This document shows, one piece after another, positions 51,111-63,890 of a stretch of DNA of 64,000 nucleotides. Under the pieces are notes generated by a model. It saw only the letters and a program-made list of their open reading frames with translations. It ran no database searches and was not told where the DNA came from. How positions within the stretch are numbered: the first letter of the stretch is position 1; every line of letters begins with the position of its first letter. The position numbers and the translations under genes are program-made. The DNA comes from Leucoraja erinacea (Eukaryota), in assembly GCF_028641065.1 (NCBI RefSeq), contig NC_073383.1:2108001-2172000 (forward strand). The letters are read 5' to 3'.

Positions 51111-52285
51111 AGTCAACACATTACTCGATACTGAATACTAAAGACCAACACATCTGAACTAGCTACAACTATTGCCTAAATATTCCAGTATATTCACAAA
51201 AATGGCATTAAAACAAATATATGGAAACTTTGCCAGGTATACCCCGTACAGATAAAGCAGCACAAGATCGATCTGGTTAACCAGTCCAAACCCAATCATC
51301 AATAACAAATAAGGTATTATTGACAAAGCTATCATACAGCAATAACCTACTTCCTAATGGCCAGTCTGGCTTTTGCCAGGACCACTCAGCTCTATGCCTC
51401 ACTATAGCCTTCATCCAAATGTGGGGTAAAGAGTGAACTTTAGCGGTGGTGAGAATGATTGCCCTTGACATACAGGCAATGCTTGAGAGAGTGGAGCACC
51501 AAGGACCCTGCTAACAATGAAGTCAAAGAGAAAACACTCGCAGGGCTGAAGACATACCTTGCAGATGCATTACATTGGTCAATCATTCCAGAACATCACT
51601 ACGGGAGCTCTTCAGACATCATCAGTGAGCCTTCCTTCTATCATAGGCCAAAATAGACCCGTGTCATAGTATAATCAGAGCACGTCATACTGGAAAGTTC
51701 TGATTAGTTTAGTCTAATTAGATAAGATCAGTCTAAGATCTTAATTAATGGTGGAGCAGTTTTGGAAATCTGAAGATAGACACAAAATGCTGGAGTAAGT
51801 CAGCGGGACAGGCAGCATCTCTGGAGAGAAGGAATCGGTGATGTTTCGGGTTGAGACCCTTCTTCAGATTTCCAAGTCACCTCCAACATTCATTAGGACC
51901 TTGGACCGATATGATACTTCAGCACTATTTTCCTACTGCTTAACTCCCTTAATATTCTATCGAAATGTGGCTTGAATGAACACCTGGTATAAGCTTGCAT
52001 TAGCCTCTAGGGTAGAGAATGCCAAGGGTCCACCACTCTCTGGGTGAAGAGATCTCTCATTTGAGTCCTAAATTTGGTATGCGTTGATGAGGATGCCTGT
52101 CGATCCCTAAACTCTTGAAATTAATTGACTATTTTCTCATATCGCAATTCTGCTCTCCCTAAAACCTACACTCCCCCGATGGCAAGTACATTCTTTCTTA
52201 GGTTACGAAACCAAAATTGTACACAATATTTCAGAAACTCTGCAGACCAGGCAGTGTCTGTGAAGGGAAATGAACGGATGATGCT

Positions 52286-52490
52286 TCAGCGGGACAGGCA
52301 GCATCTCTGGAGGGAAAGAATGGGTGACGTTTTGGGTCAAGACCCATCTTCAGAAGTCTGAAGAAGGGTCTCGACCCAAAAGCCACCCATTCCTTCGCTC
52401 CAGAGAAGCTGCCTGTCCCGCTAAGTTACTCCAGCATTTTGTGTCTCTCTTCGGTTTAAACCAGCATCTGCCATTCCCTTCCTACAGATG
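52286..52490. repeat. Inverted pair of Penelope terminal repeats (palindrome)
   Basis: 52286-52354 is the approximate reverse complement of 52358-52425, centred on CTTCAGA-AG-TCTGAAG. Confidence 0.75.
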
Positions 52491-54241
52491 ATGTTTCAGG
52501 TTGCGACCCTTCATGAGTCATCTGTCCATCCCACAGACCCTGTCTAACTTGCCGAGTTTGTCCAGCAGTTTGTTTTTGTCTCCCGATTCCAGCATCTGCA
52601 ATGTTTTATATCTCCACAATATTTCAAGTCTGACCAAGACCCTATAAAGTATCAGAGTCAGAGTCAGAGTCAGAGTTCATTTAATTGTCATTGCGACCCC
52701 TTCCAAACGAGTCGTTCTGCAGTCCATACACACAATAGACCCTGACACAACTAACATTTTAAACCCATCACATTGTGTCCAGCAGTTTGTTTTTCTCTCA
52801 CGATTCCAGCATCTGCAATGTTTTATATCTCCACAAATTTCAAGTGTGATGGCGATTGTCCCGCGGCCATGAAGCCAGATGGTGCGAGGTCGGATCTTGG
52901 TGTTGCCCCCGGTGTGTGCTCGCAAAGTCCCTTCGTTCCAGCCGCGCGGGGCAAGGTTAGGCCCCGCTCCAGGACCTCTTCAACCCCGCAAACGGGCGGG
53001 AGAATTCGCCGTTGCAGGACCGAAAAGCAGTCTCCCTTTGGAGCCGCGCTGTCCGAGCATACCCAGACCCCTTTAGAAGCCTCCGACTCAGCATTCTCTC
53101 AGCTATCGGCAGTAACAGCTCCTCCACCGATCCACCCGCTCCTCTCGGCCAGCTCCGCGACGGCAACGGTGAGTCGGCACCAGAGTCCCCGGCTTTTCCT
53201 GTTGGGAGGCCGGTGTCGTTGCGGCCTAACACCTCGACGGAAAAGGTCGGGTCTCCAGTGCAGGGAGAGATTCAAAAGTTTCCCCCAACCTCCCAGGGCC
53301 CCACCCCCCACACACACACCCCCCTAACAAAAACTACACAAAAAACACAGACAAAAAATAATAAAACGCGGACAGGCTGCAGAGGCCGCTGCTGGCCAGA
53401 GCCGCGCCGCCTACCGGAGATTATCATTTAGATTTCCTTGCTCCTGTACTCAAACCTTCTAATAATCAAGGTAACATACCATTTATCTTTTTAATTGCTC
53501 ACTGCACCTGCACAGTAACCTTTGTTGACTCCTGTACAAGCATACCCAGATCCTTTTGAACACCCCTCTCCATTCTCTCACTATGTAACAGATCCACTGA
53601 TCCATCCTCTTCCCTGTACAGGGACCCGACTCTTTCCCTGTTGGGTCTCCGGTGTCGTTGGGCCTAACATCGTGGAGCTGGCGGCTGCCTCCAACCGGAA
53701 CCAACCTGAGGGCTCCAGTCGCGGAGCCTGCGGACTTCGAAGTGGGGACAGCTGTGGTGGCGCACGGCTGCGACCATACTTCGGAGCTTCGGAGGCTCCG
53801 GCCACAGACTCGGTGGACAGGAACATCGGGAGCTCACAGGTACCTGGTGGGAGACCGTTTTTCGGAGCTCCCGCAACGGCAAATTCTCCTGCCGGAATTG
53901 CGGGGTTTAAAGGACTCGGAGCGGGGCCTAATATCGCCCGGCATGGCTTAAACGGCCACAGGACTTACCATCAACCACTAGGGGCTTTAACATCGTGAGC
54001 CCCAGGCGCCTCAACGCTACAGTTGGACTGCTGGACCGCGGGAGAAGAACAAAGGGAAGAGATAAGACTTTTGCCTTCCATCACAGTGAGGAGGTGTTGG
54101 AGATTCACTGTGATGAATGTTTATGTAAATTGTGTTAAGTGTGTGCCTTGGTTTTTTTTTTGTAATGTCATGACTGTAGGAATGAAATTTTGTTCAAACC
54201 TTGTCTGTGTGAATGACAATAAAAGGCATTCTATTCTATTA

Positions 54242-57200
54242 TATTTTACTTCGGAGTCACGTGAGTGACTACGTGAAAGAAGCCCGCTACGACGCATGCG
54301 TGTCATATCGCATACACGCATTGAACGAGTCAGACGTGGGAGACGACGTCTCCCTAGAGGGAAATGCAAAGAAGCAGGTAAGAGACTGCAAAATTTTTCC
54401 CACTTACCTTGCAGGTAGGAAATACAAGAAGCTGCGGGAGCTGGAGGGGAGAACTGCAGAAACAGCGCAGCCAGCAGCCAGCAGCAGCCGATAGCACGCG
54501 AATCCTCCGGAGAGGATTCCTAAAAGCTATTTTTAGCAGCAGAACAGCTGTGCCCGACGTCGCTCCCCGCACCGGCAAGATTGACTGCTGCCGGGCGGGA
54601 AGCGAAGCAACACATCCCGAAGCGGCTGCATCCACCCGGAAGAGAGAGAGCCGACATCGGAGACCCCGTTATTTGGGGGGGGAGACCTGTCTAAACAGGT
54701 AAAAGAATTGGCGAGGAGGCTTGACTTTGGGGCTGATTAAAGCATCCAAAGGATATCTGGGGAAGACATTAACCTTATGTGCATCCTAAGAGAGGTAGTG
54801 TTTTTGTAATTATACTACAAAGAATTGGGCAGAGGTACCCAGCAGCAGCGTCCTGTTTAGGGTTTGGCCCGGGACGACCACTGTGGAAGATGCAAAAGTA
54901 ACATTAACCTTTAGGCTCTCCACAACCGCGTATGAAACCAAGAAAAATAACTTGGTTACCACCAATAACCATGGAGGTAGGTGAATTTGGGGCTCCAGCA
55001 TTAATAGGGAGCACGGAAGTTGGAGGGACATTGCAACTTCATGTTGAAGCTTGGTGTAATATATCTATGGACAGATACATCCTTAGCAGTTTTAAGGGAT
55101 ATCTGATAGAGTTTCTACTCAAACAAAACCCTCCAGTACAACATAAACCGGACAGATATACATGCTGGTAATGGAATAAACCAAACCTGAACAACAGGAT
55201 TTGTCTCAAACATCTTTATTAAAAATAAGAAAGATGGGGGTTGCCGTATTATTATGGATTATCAATGCTTCACAATGTTGTGCAATATATTCATTTTAAA
55301 GATGGATACTTTTAGCAGTGCTAAAGACTTAGTTTTCAGCAGGCTACTGTATGGCAAGTATTAATCTTTAAGATCCTTGCTATTCAATATCCAACAGGGG
55401 GAAGAATTTTAAACCAGCGTTGGGACTGCTGCAACACCAAAAATCATAGAGTAATGGTATAGTTGGATGATATCCTTATTGGGGGAAAACTTATGAATCG
55501 GCATGTTAGGCAGTGGTTGCCACTAAACAATTGTTTGAACAGCTGGGATTCATTGTCCATCCACTTAAGTCAAAATTGACACCATTAACACATTTAATAT
55601 GTTAATGACTTTACTAATATGGAAAGCCATAGAGTTCAAAGGGCTCATAATTATAGAGGTCATTTATTTTGGCCAATGGAGCTAATGATAGAAGCTATAA
55701 AAGAATTACAATGTTGGGAATACAATGTTAAGTATTGCTCCAAACCCAATAGTTATTCACAACCCGTCTGTGCTATTACAAACAGATGCCAGTGCATTTG
55801 GTTACGGTACAACTGATACCATCTCGAGCTATGGGGGAGATGGAATATATAAGAAGCTAACCTACATAACACTAAGGGTTAGAAATGTTAAGTGCATTTC
55901 ATGGGCTAAAATCTTATTGCTCAGGAATGAAACTGCAGCATGTTAGATGGTAGATAGATAATACCTCGGTGATGGCATATATAAGTCATATGGGTGGAAA
56001 GATATCAAAATCTTGTGATGAATTGGCAAATTCAATTTGGCAATGGTGTGTCCAAAGGAATATTTGGTTATCGGCTACGTATCTACCAGGGATACTAATT
56101 CAGTGGCAGACACCAGGTCACGAAAATTTATTGAAAGTACTGATGGATGTTGGATAGAACGGTATTTGCTAAAATCAGTAAAGTATGTAAGGCCAGATAT
56201 TAGAATTGCATCCAGGGTTAAATCACCAGTTACCGAGGTATGTATCATTGGTACCAGATCCTGAGGCAGAAGCTACAGATGCTGTTTCACTGCACTAGGG
56301 GGAGGGGGTTTCATTTATGTATTACCTCCTTTTTCTACTTTATAAATTTGGGGTACTAAGGGAAATTCAACAGGAATCTGCATCAGGGATGTCTTAGTAC
56401 CTGATTGGCTTACCCAACTATGGTTTTTCCGGGGTACAGGACATGGTGCTGGAACCATGTATAACGGTAAGACATAGTCCTAAGTTGCTGGTGCATCCAG
56501 TAACTGAGGATAGCTATCCATGTCATAGAATATATTGATTTAGTAGGTTGTAGACTCTAATACACCGCTACGGGACATGGGGCTATCAAAAAGAACTGTG
56601 GACATGATCACAGCAGCACAAAGAAGGTCTACACAATAACAATATTTAGGTCATATTAAAAATGGACTAATTACTGCCATAATAACTTTCTGGACCACAG
56701 AAATAAGGATGTTCCGGCGGTGCTAGAGTTTCTCACCAGCCTGCACTATGGAGGACTGAGTTACAGCACTGTGAATAGTGCCAGAAGTGCATTGTCAACT
56801 TATTGGTGGCAAGGAACAGTAAGACAGTCTGTGGGATCACATCCTCTGGTAGTTAAAATTTTAAGAGGCAATGTTAACACCAAGCCACCAAAAATAAGAT
56901 ACAACTATATCTGGGATGTAAGTGTGGTCTTGACCTTGCTAAGGAATTGGTCGCCGGCTACAGCATTAAATCTGGATAAACTAACTAGAAATGGTAATGC
57001 TGATGGCGCTAGTCACAGCGCATAAGCTCCAGTTATTGCAAAAAGTAAGACTGGATGGCTTCACTATGGCGGCAGGAAGTTTGGGGTTTGTGATCCAGGA
57101 CCGTATTATTAAACAATATAGGCCAGGATCAGCGGGGCAGGTCATAGAATTGATGGCCTACCCGGAGGACAAACGCCTCTGTATAGTGAAGCACGTTTTG

Positions 57201-58034
57201 TTATACAGTGAAAGTACAAAGGCTATCAGAGGCAAGGAATTGGCGTTTTAATCAGCTATAAGAAACTGTACCATAGAGTGTAACTCAGACCATTTCGCGG
57301 TGGCTGAAATATGGGTTAAGATAGGCGGGAGTGGACAATAACATATTTAATTATCACTCCACCAGGGCTGCAGCTACATCCGCAGCAAAACGCCTTGATG
57401 TATCCATGGACCAAATCCTCAGGATTGCAGGATGGTTGTCGGAGAAAACGTTTTCAGAAATGTTATAACAAACCAGTTAGCAGTATGGGAACGTTTTCGG
57501 GGAACATTTTAAGTTCTGTATGATAATTTATCCCTGAAGAATACAGTGTTATGATTTGAATTAATTCGATATTATTTGTCATTTCCATTAAATAATTGGT
57601 ATGAATGTTTTGAATATAATTAACAATTTCTCCCTAACTACCAAGGCAGTTGTGAAGCATGGACTCGTTTCCACGGCATGAGGTCACAGAGCTTTGAAAT
57701 CTTTCACGTAGTCACTCACGTGACTCCGAAGTAAAATAGTAAGATTAAACGAGAACTTACCAGTTTGAAGTTTGATCTTTATTTTATGAGGAGGAACGTT
57801 GAGGGAATACGTGCCCTCCGCTCCCACCCTCGAATGGTCATATCTTAAACTGGTATCTCTTTAATAATCTTACTATTTTAGGTCATTATAGTGTATCTGT
57901 GACCTCACACCGCTGTTTTGAAGGATGACATGCATGCGTCGTAGCGGGCTTCTTTCACGTATTCCCTCAACGTTCCTCCTCATAAAATAAAGATCAAACT
58001 TCAAACTGGTAAGTTCTCGTTTAATCTTACTATT
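54242..58034 (+). mobile_element. DIRS1-type tyrosine-recombinase retrotransposon, near complete but coding-degenerate
   Basis: Left ITR 54242-54306, ICR 57701-57813, right ITR 57925-58034. Remnants of RT (KKDGGCRII, LDDILI), RNase H (QTDAS, VADTRSR), a PDPEAEATDA methyltransferase-like region and YR (LSYSTVNSARSALS, HSTRAAATS at 57355-57381). Confidence 0.92.
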
Positions 58035-58119
58035 CTATTCTGTTATGTGTATTAAAGTCTATAACTTCACATATTACACATAATGTTCCTTCTGTCACAT
58101 TCTCACCTACTGATGTCAC

Positions 58120-59560
58120 TTACCTGGCCCTGCACTCATCCCTGGAACATCTGGGTAGGATGGACACCTACATCAGATTCATATTCATAGACTACAGCTC
58201 TGCTGTTAATACCATCATCCCAATCAAACTCATCTCTAAACTTGTGGAATTTAGAGTCGGCACTCCGATCTGCAACTGGATCCTTGACTTCCTGACCAAC
58301 AGACCACGATCAGTGAGGATAGAGGACAAATCATCCTCGACGATACTCCTCAACATGGGTGCTCCACAAGGATGCCTTCTCAGCCCCCGACTACATTCCC
58401 TGTACATTCATAACTGTGCAGTCAAATACCAATCCAACTCAATTTACAAGTTCACAGACAACATCAACATAGTGGGCCGGATATCAAATAATGACGAGAT
58501 GGAGTACAGGAATGAGATTGAGAACCTCGCAACCTGGTGCCAAAACAACAACCTCTCCCTCAATGTCAGCAAGACATAACATGGAGATTATGACTGATTC
58601 AGGAAGCAAAGCAGTACACACACTCCAGTGTACATTGATGGTGCCGAAGTAGAAATGATCGAAAGCTTCAGGTTCTTCGGAATCACCAGCAATTTGTTCT
58701 GGGCCAGCCACATTGAAGCACACCAATGCCTCAACTTCCTCAGAAAGTTAATGCCCCTGTCCCACTGTATGAGTTAATTCAAGAGCTCTCCCGAGTTTAA
58801 AAAATAAATCAAACTCATGGTAAGCACGTGGAATGAATGTAGCGGGTATGTCGGAGCTCGAGGGCGTCTCTTAGCGGCTCATAACGCTAACGGCAGGTAC
58901 TCGGGAAGACTCGCTAACGGCAGGTAAGCATGGGAAGACTCGTGAAGATTTTTCAACATGTTCACGATAGCCCCGAGTACTGACGAGCGACCATTACCAT
59001 AAATCTCCAAGTTCGAATCAGGGCAAACTCGGGAGAGCTCTTGAATTAACTCGTACCGTGGGACAGGGCTTTTAGGAAGTATTGCATGTCCTCCAACGAC
59101 CAACTTCTACCATTACGCTGTTGAAATCTGTACAGATTCTAGTTTTAGAATCCTCGGCCCAGGGCTTAAACCTGTGTTTATTTGTTTGTTTGTTTGTTGT
59201 TCGTTCCGGTATAGGCACTAAGTACATGGCAGCCAGACAACAGTTGCTTGTCCTGTACTTTTGTTTTCAAGTTTTTGTGTACGTTGTGTGTTGTGACGGT
59301 CAGCAGACCAATTTCCCTCCGGGGATGAATAACATTTTATCGTATCATATCGTATCGTATCGAAAGTATTCTGTCAGGATGCATCATAGCAGTGCTTGGG
59401 AACATCTCCGTCAAAGACCGCAAGAAATAGCAGAAAGTTGTGGACTGAGCCCAGACGCAAATCAACCTCATTTCCATTGACTCCAGCATACAGTAACTTA
59501 GCAGCATTCCTAAGGACCAGTCTCAACCCGGTCACTCCCTCATTACCCCTCTCACATCAG
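58120..59560 (+). mobile_element. Rex1/Babar-type LINE RT fragment with nested MITE
   Basis: FIDYSSAVNTIIP...ICNWILDFLTNRP...GAPQGCLLSP...LSLNVSKT. Confidence 0.82.
58751..59071. mobile_element. PIF/Harbinger-like MITE (TTA TSD, about 45-bp TIRs)
   Basis: CCCTGTCCCACTGTATGAGTTAATTCAAGAGCTCTCCCGAGTTT and its inverted copy, with TTA at 58748-58750 and 59072-59074. Confidence 0.82.
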
Positions 59561-59612
59561 GCAAGAAGTTTGAAAACACATACCTCCGGGGACATCCTCC
59601 CATCTGTTATAA

Positions 59613-60110
59613 AGGGCCTATCCCACTTGGGCGACCTAATCCGCGGGTTCTGGTGAGTTTGCCCTCGACTTATACTCGCAGCTTGGTCGACACGAGGTTG
59701 TAGGAGGTCTTTGTAACTCTCCTTCATGCTCGAGAGTGGTCTCCGCATACTCAAGGCCTCAGTTAGGTCGTGGTGTTTTTTTCAAATGCCCGCGAGTAAA
59801 AATAGGTCGCCATGGAAAAAAAATCTATACTTTTTTTACTCGTATGTTTAGTCGCAGTAGGTTGTAGTACGTCGGCATGTTAGTTGTAGGTAAGCAAGGG
59901 TAGTCAAAGGTAGTCAAAGGTGGTTGTAGATAGTCTTCATCAAGGGAGGTCGAAGGAGATCGAAGGAGGTAGTCATCACTCTCCAATATTCGGTGTCCAA
60001 TTTTTCCGAAGTTAGTCGTAGCTAGTCGTAGCTAGTCGAAGCTAGGCTTCAACGTAGTCAAAGGAGGTCTTCTACATTGCCAATTAGGTCGCCCAAGTGG
60101 GACAGCCCCT
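59613..60110. mobile_element. PIF/Harbinger-like MITE (TAA TSD)
   Basis: AGGGCCTATCCCACTTGGGCGACCTAAT ... ATTAGGTCGCCCAAGTGGGACAGCCCCT, with TAA at 59610-59612 and 60111-60113. Confidence 0.85.
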
Positions 60111-60149
60111 TAAGGCCACTGAATGGTCCTCTCATCAGCTAGAGTGCAG

Positions 60150-61572
60150 TCCTTACTGCCTGTGCCACGCGACAGTGAGAGTAGGAATGGAGCGAGGTGG
60201 AGGATAAATGTGTGGCTGAAGGACTGGTGCAGTGGGCAGGGATTCAAGTTTCTGGATCATTGGAACCTCTTTTGGGGAAGGTGCGACCTGTACAAAAAGG
60301 ACGGGTTGCACTTGAAACCGAGGGGGACCAATATCCTGGCGGGGAGATTTGCAAAGGCTACTGGGGAGACTTTAAACTAGAATGGTTTGGGGGGAGGGAC
60401 TCAAATAGAGAAAGCTAGTAGACAGTGTGTGAGGCAGGAGGCAGAGAAGGGAAGCACTCAGACCCAACATGTAGGGGGGAAAGATGTGTGAGCAGAGAGA
60501 CAGAGGGGTGTAAAATGAGGGAAGAAGCAATAAGTAGCAAGGTGAAAAGTAAAAGTGGTAGGCAGACAAATCCAGGGCAAAAATCAAAAAGGGCCACTTT
60601 TCAACACAATTGTATAAGGGGTAAGAGTGTTGTAAAACAAGCCTGAAGGCTTTGTGTCTCAATGCAAGGAGCATTCGTAATAAGGATGTTGAATGTGTAG
60701 ATAGCTATTAATGACTATGATATAGTTGGGATCACGGAGACATGGCTCCAGGGTAACCAAGGCTGGGAGCTGAACATCCAGGGATATTCAATATTCAGGA
60801 GGGATAGACAGAAAGGAAAAGGGGGTGGGGTAGCGTTGCTGGTTAGAGAGGAGATTAATTAGATTCAGATTCAGATCAGATTCAACTTTAAATGTCATTG
60901 TCAGTGTACAGTACAGAGACAACGAAATGCAGTATGCAATATTAACGCAATAGAATGTAAGGACATTAGCTTGGAGGATGTGGAATTGATATGGGTAGAG
61001 CTGCGAAACATTAAGGGGCAGAAAACATTAGTGGGAGTTGTGTACAGGCAACCTAACAGTAGTAGTGGATTTGGGGATGGCATCAAACAGGAAATTAGAA
61101 ATGTGTGCAACAAAGGTAAAACAGGTATAATGGGTGACTTCAATCTACATATAGATTGGGTGAATCAAATTGGCAGGGGTGCTGAGAAAGAGGATTTCTT
61201 GGAATGTATGCGGGATAGTTTTCTAAACCAACATGTAGAGGAACCAACGAGAGAGCAGGCTATTCTAGACTGGGTATTGAGTAATGAGGAAGGGTTAGTT
61301 AGCAGTCTTGTTGTGCGTGGCCCCTTGGGCAAGGGTGACCATAATATGGTTGAGTTCTTCATTAGGATTGAGAGTTACATAATTAACTCAGATACAATGG
61401 TTCTGAACTTAAAAAAAGGTAACTTTGAGGGTATGAGACATGAATTGGCCAAGATAGACTGGCAATTGATTCTTAAAGAATTGACGGTGGATATGCAATG
61501 GAAGGCATTTAAAGGCTGCATGGATGAACTACAACAATTGTTCATCCCAGTTTGGAAAAATAATAAATCAGG
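60150..61572 (+). mobile_element. CR1 LINE internal fragment: ORF1 SGNH-esterase C-terminus and ORF2 APE endonuclease
   Basis: LLPVPR...WLKDWC...DGLHL..RGTNIL, followed by CLNARSIRNK, GITETWL, GKGGGVALLV, MGDFNL and GDHNMVEF. Confidence 0.88.
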
Positions 61573-61831
61573 TTCGATCTATAAGTGACTCAACCACCAG
61601 ACTGCGCCACAATACCTTCCATATCAATGTCTCTGATGTCTTCCTTTTCCTTTAACTGTGGGGGTCACCCCTCCACCATATCAATAAGGCTCATAACTAC
61701 ATCCGTTTGTGAATAAGGGCAGGATTCCCTTAGTCCGCAAGCCTTCATATTCTTTCTTCTTCTTCTTCTTTCATGTGGCCTGCACAGCCTAAAGTTGTTG
61801 GACAACTTGTTCTATTTGATCTTCCATTTGT

Positions 61832-62637
61832 TTTGTTTTTTTGTTTTTTTTGTTTTTTTTGTTTATTTTATTAGAAGTTAATACAGTACAAAACAGTACA
61901 GTGGAAACTAATTTTAGGTGCCAACTATGTCATACCGTAATCCATTCTATGTACAACCTCTAGTTTTATGTTATGAGAAGGAAGTAAGCAAGACAAGAAA
62001 AAGAAAACAATAGAAAGAGGAAAAAGTAGAAAAATAGATGGTAGAGAGTAGAAAAGCATGAAGTGTGTATATAAAAAATAAAAAAGAAAGAGAGAAAGTG
62101 GAAAGTAGAAATAGAAGAGGCCACTTAAAAGAGAATTTTTCAAATCTTTATTCGGAGATGTAGATCTATCCGCGTCATGAACTGAAATCAGCAATCTTTA
62201 CGGTACCGCTGCATCACATGATTCCAAAAAGTCGATGAAAGGAGACCAACTCCTTAAGAATTGGTCATATTTATCTATTAGTCGGAGTCTCATTTCTTCA
62301 AGGCGTGCTATGTCCATCATATTCCTAATCCACATTTTAACAGTTGGTATGGTTGTATTTTTCCAAAACGTAAGTATCAATTTCTTTCCAATTATTAACC
62401 CATAATTTAAAAAAACATTTTGATCTTTATTTAAATTGGTATCTTCTCCTATTATTCCAAATATAATATATTCCATTTTGGGCTCTATTCTTGACTTGAA
62501 AAGCTTTGTAAATATATCAAATATATCACTCCAAACTTTATTCAACTTTGTACATCCTACAAATGAATGTGTTATATTAGCGTTTTGAAACAAACATTTA
62601 TCGCATCTGGGAGAGACGTTTGGATAAAATTTATTCA
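61832..62637 (-). mobile_element. L1-clade LINE 3' end with poly(A) tail and 13-bp TSD
   Basis: CDKC...H.F..C zinc knuckle and ILTFWK..IPTV..W...WSPFIDFL. A-rich tail after AATAAA, TSD ATCTTCCATTTGT at 61819-61831 and 62638-62650. Confidence 0.88.
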
Positions 62638-62719
62638 ATCTTCCATTTGTGCACGTCGAGTTGATTGCATTAGTCGAAACAGGGCGGACCACGTGAAGGT
62701 TGCAATCTTCCACCCCAGC

Positions 62720-63520
62720 TCATTCTTCACAGTTTCTGGAGCTTTCAATGTGATGCCACCAGCAGGCACATCTTCCCCTTACTTCCCCTTTCAGAATCCT
62801 ATGCCACTCCATGGTTCTCTCCTTCACTCCAGCAACACCTACTCCCCTTCTTACTGCACCTTTTCATGCAACTGCAAGAGATGCAGTGCCTATCCACCGA
62901 CCTATTCTCTTCCCAATACCCTGGGACCCAAACACTCTTTCCATGTGAGACAGTAAATCGCCTTCACTCCTTCCAACCTAGTGTGTTATACTTGCTGCTC
63001 ACAATGTGGTTTTTCAGTTTAGTTTGGAGATACAGCGCGGGAACAGGTCCTTTGGCCCACCGAGTCCACAAGAAAACAGCGATCCCCGCACATTAAAACA
63101 AGGCTATACACACTAGGGACAATTTACACTTATACCAAGCCGATTATCATATAAGCATGTATGTCCTAGGGGTGTGTGAGGAAACTGACGATTTCAGAGA
63201 AAATCCACGCAGGTCATGGGGAGAACGTAAAACTCCGTACAGACAGCACCCGTAGTTGGGATCGAACTCGGGTCTCCAGCGCTGTAGGTGCTGTAAGGCA
63301 GCAACTCTACTGCCACACTTCCCTGCATGCTCTTCCCAGCATTTTTAAAGCAGGCTTCCAGTTGCCTCTCTTTTTAATTCTCGATTCCATTCTCAGTCTG
63401 ACTTCTGTGTTTGGCCTCCTACACAGCTCCAACAAAGCACAGTGCAGGCTAAAGGATCCAAAACGCATCTTCCGAGTTGGGATATTAACACAAAAAAACA
63501 TACTCAGCGGTTTCAGATAA
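62720..63520 (+). mobile_element. Degenerate Penelope-like remnant interrupted by a SINE (63017-63316, minus)
   Basis: CNCKRC...GPKHSFHVRQ linker and SVFGLLH...AQCRL...IFRVG GIY-YIG tail. Confidence 0.6.
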
Positions 63521-63856
63521 CCAGCCTGTCCAGTTTATATCATGTCTGGCCATTGCCCCTGATCTGCTGAGAATTTCAAGATTTTCTACCTTGAATTCAG
63601 ATTTTCAACATTTGCAGTTTTATTTGTTTTCTGATCATGTGTATTTTCATTTAATTTTTGAATAAATTCTTAACTCACAATGTGGACCCTTGACAACAGT
63701 GTCCAAATGTAACAAAGTGACCACCATGTAAAACACCTCCATTCTGTCTGCAAAACAAGACTGCACGGGTGGAGCCTGTTGCTATAATTCTCTGAAGATA
63801 GACACACAAATCTGGAGGAACAGCAGGACAGGCAGCATCTCTGGCGAAAAGGAATG

Positions 63857-63890
63857 GGTGACGTTTCGGGTCGAGACCCTTCTTCAGACC
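63857..63890 (-). ncRNA. Minimal type I hammerhead ribozyme motif in a Penelope terminal repeat
   Basis: Minus strand reads GGU-CUGAAGA-A-GGGU CUCG ACCC-GAAA-CGUC-ACC. Confidence 0.55.

Noticed and set aside
52677-54702. Cluster of overlapping GC-rich ORFs
   Set aside because: They come from the GC-rich repeat and the DIRS 5' region, with no recognisable domains or splice structure.
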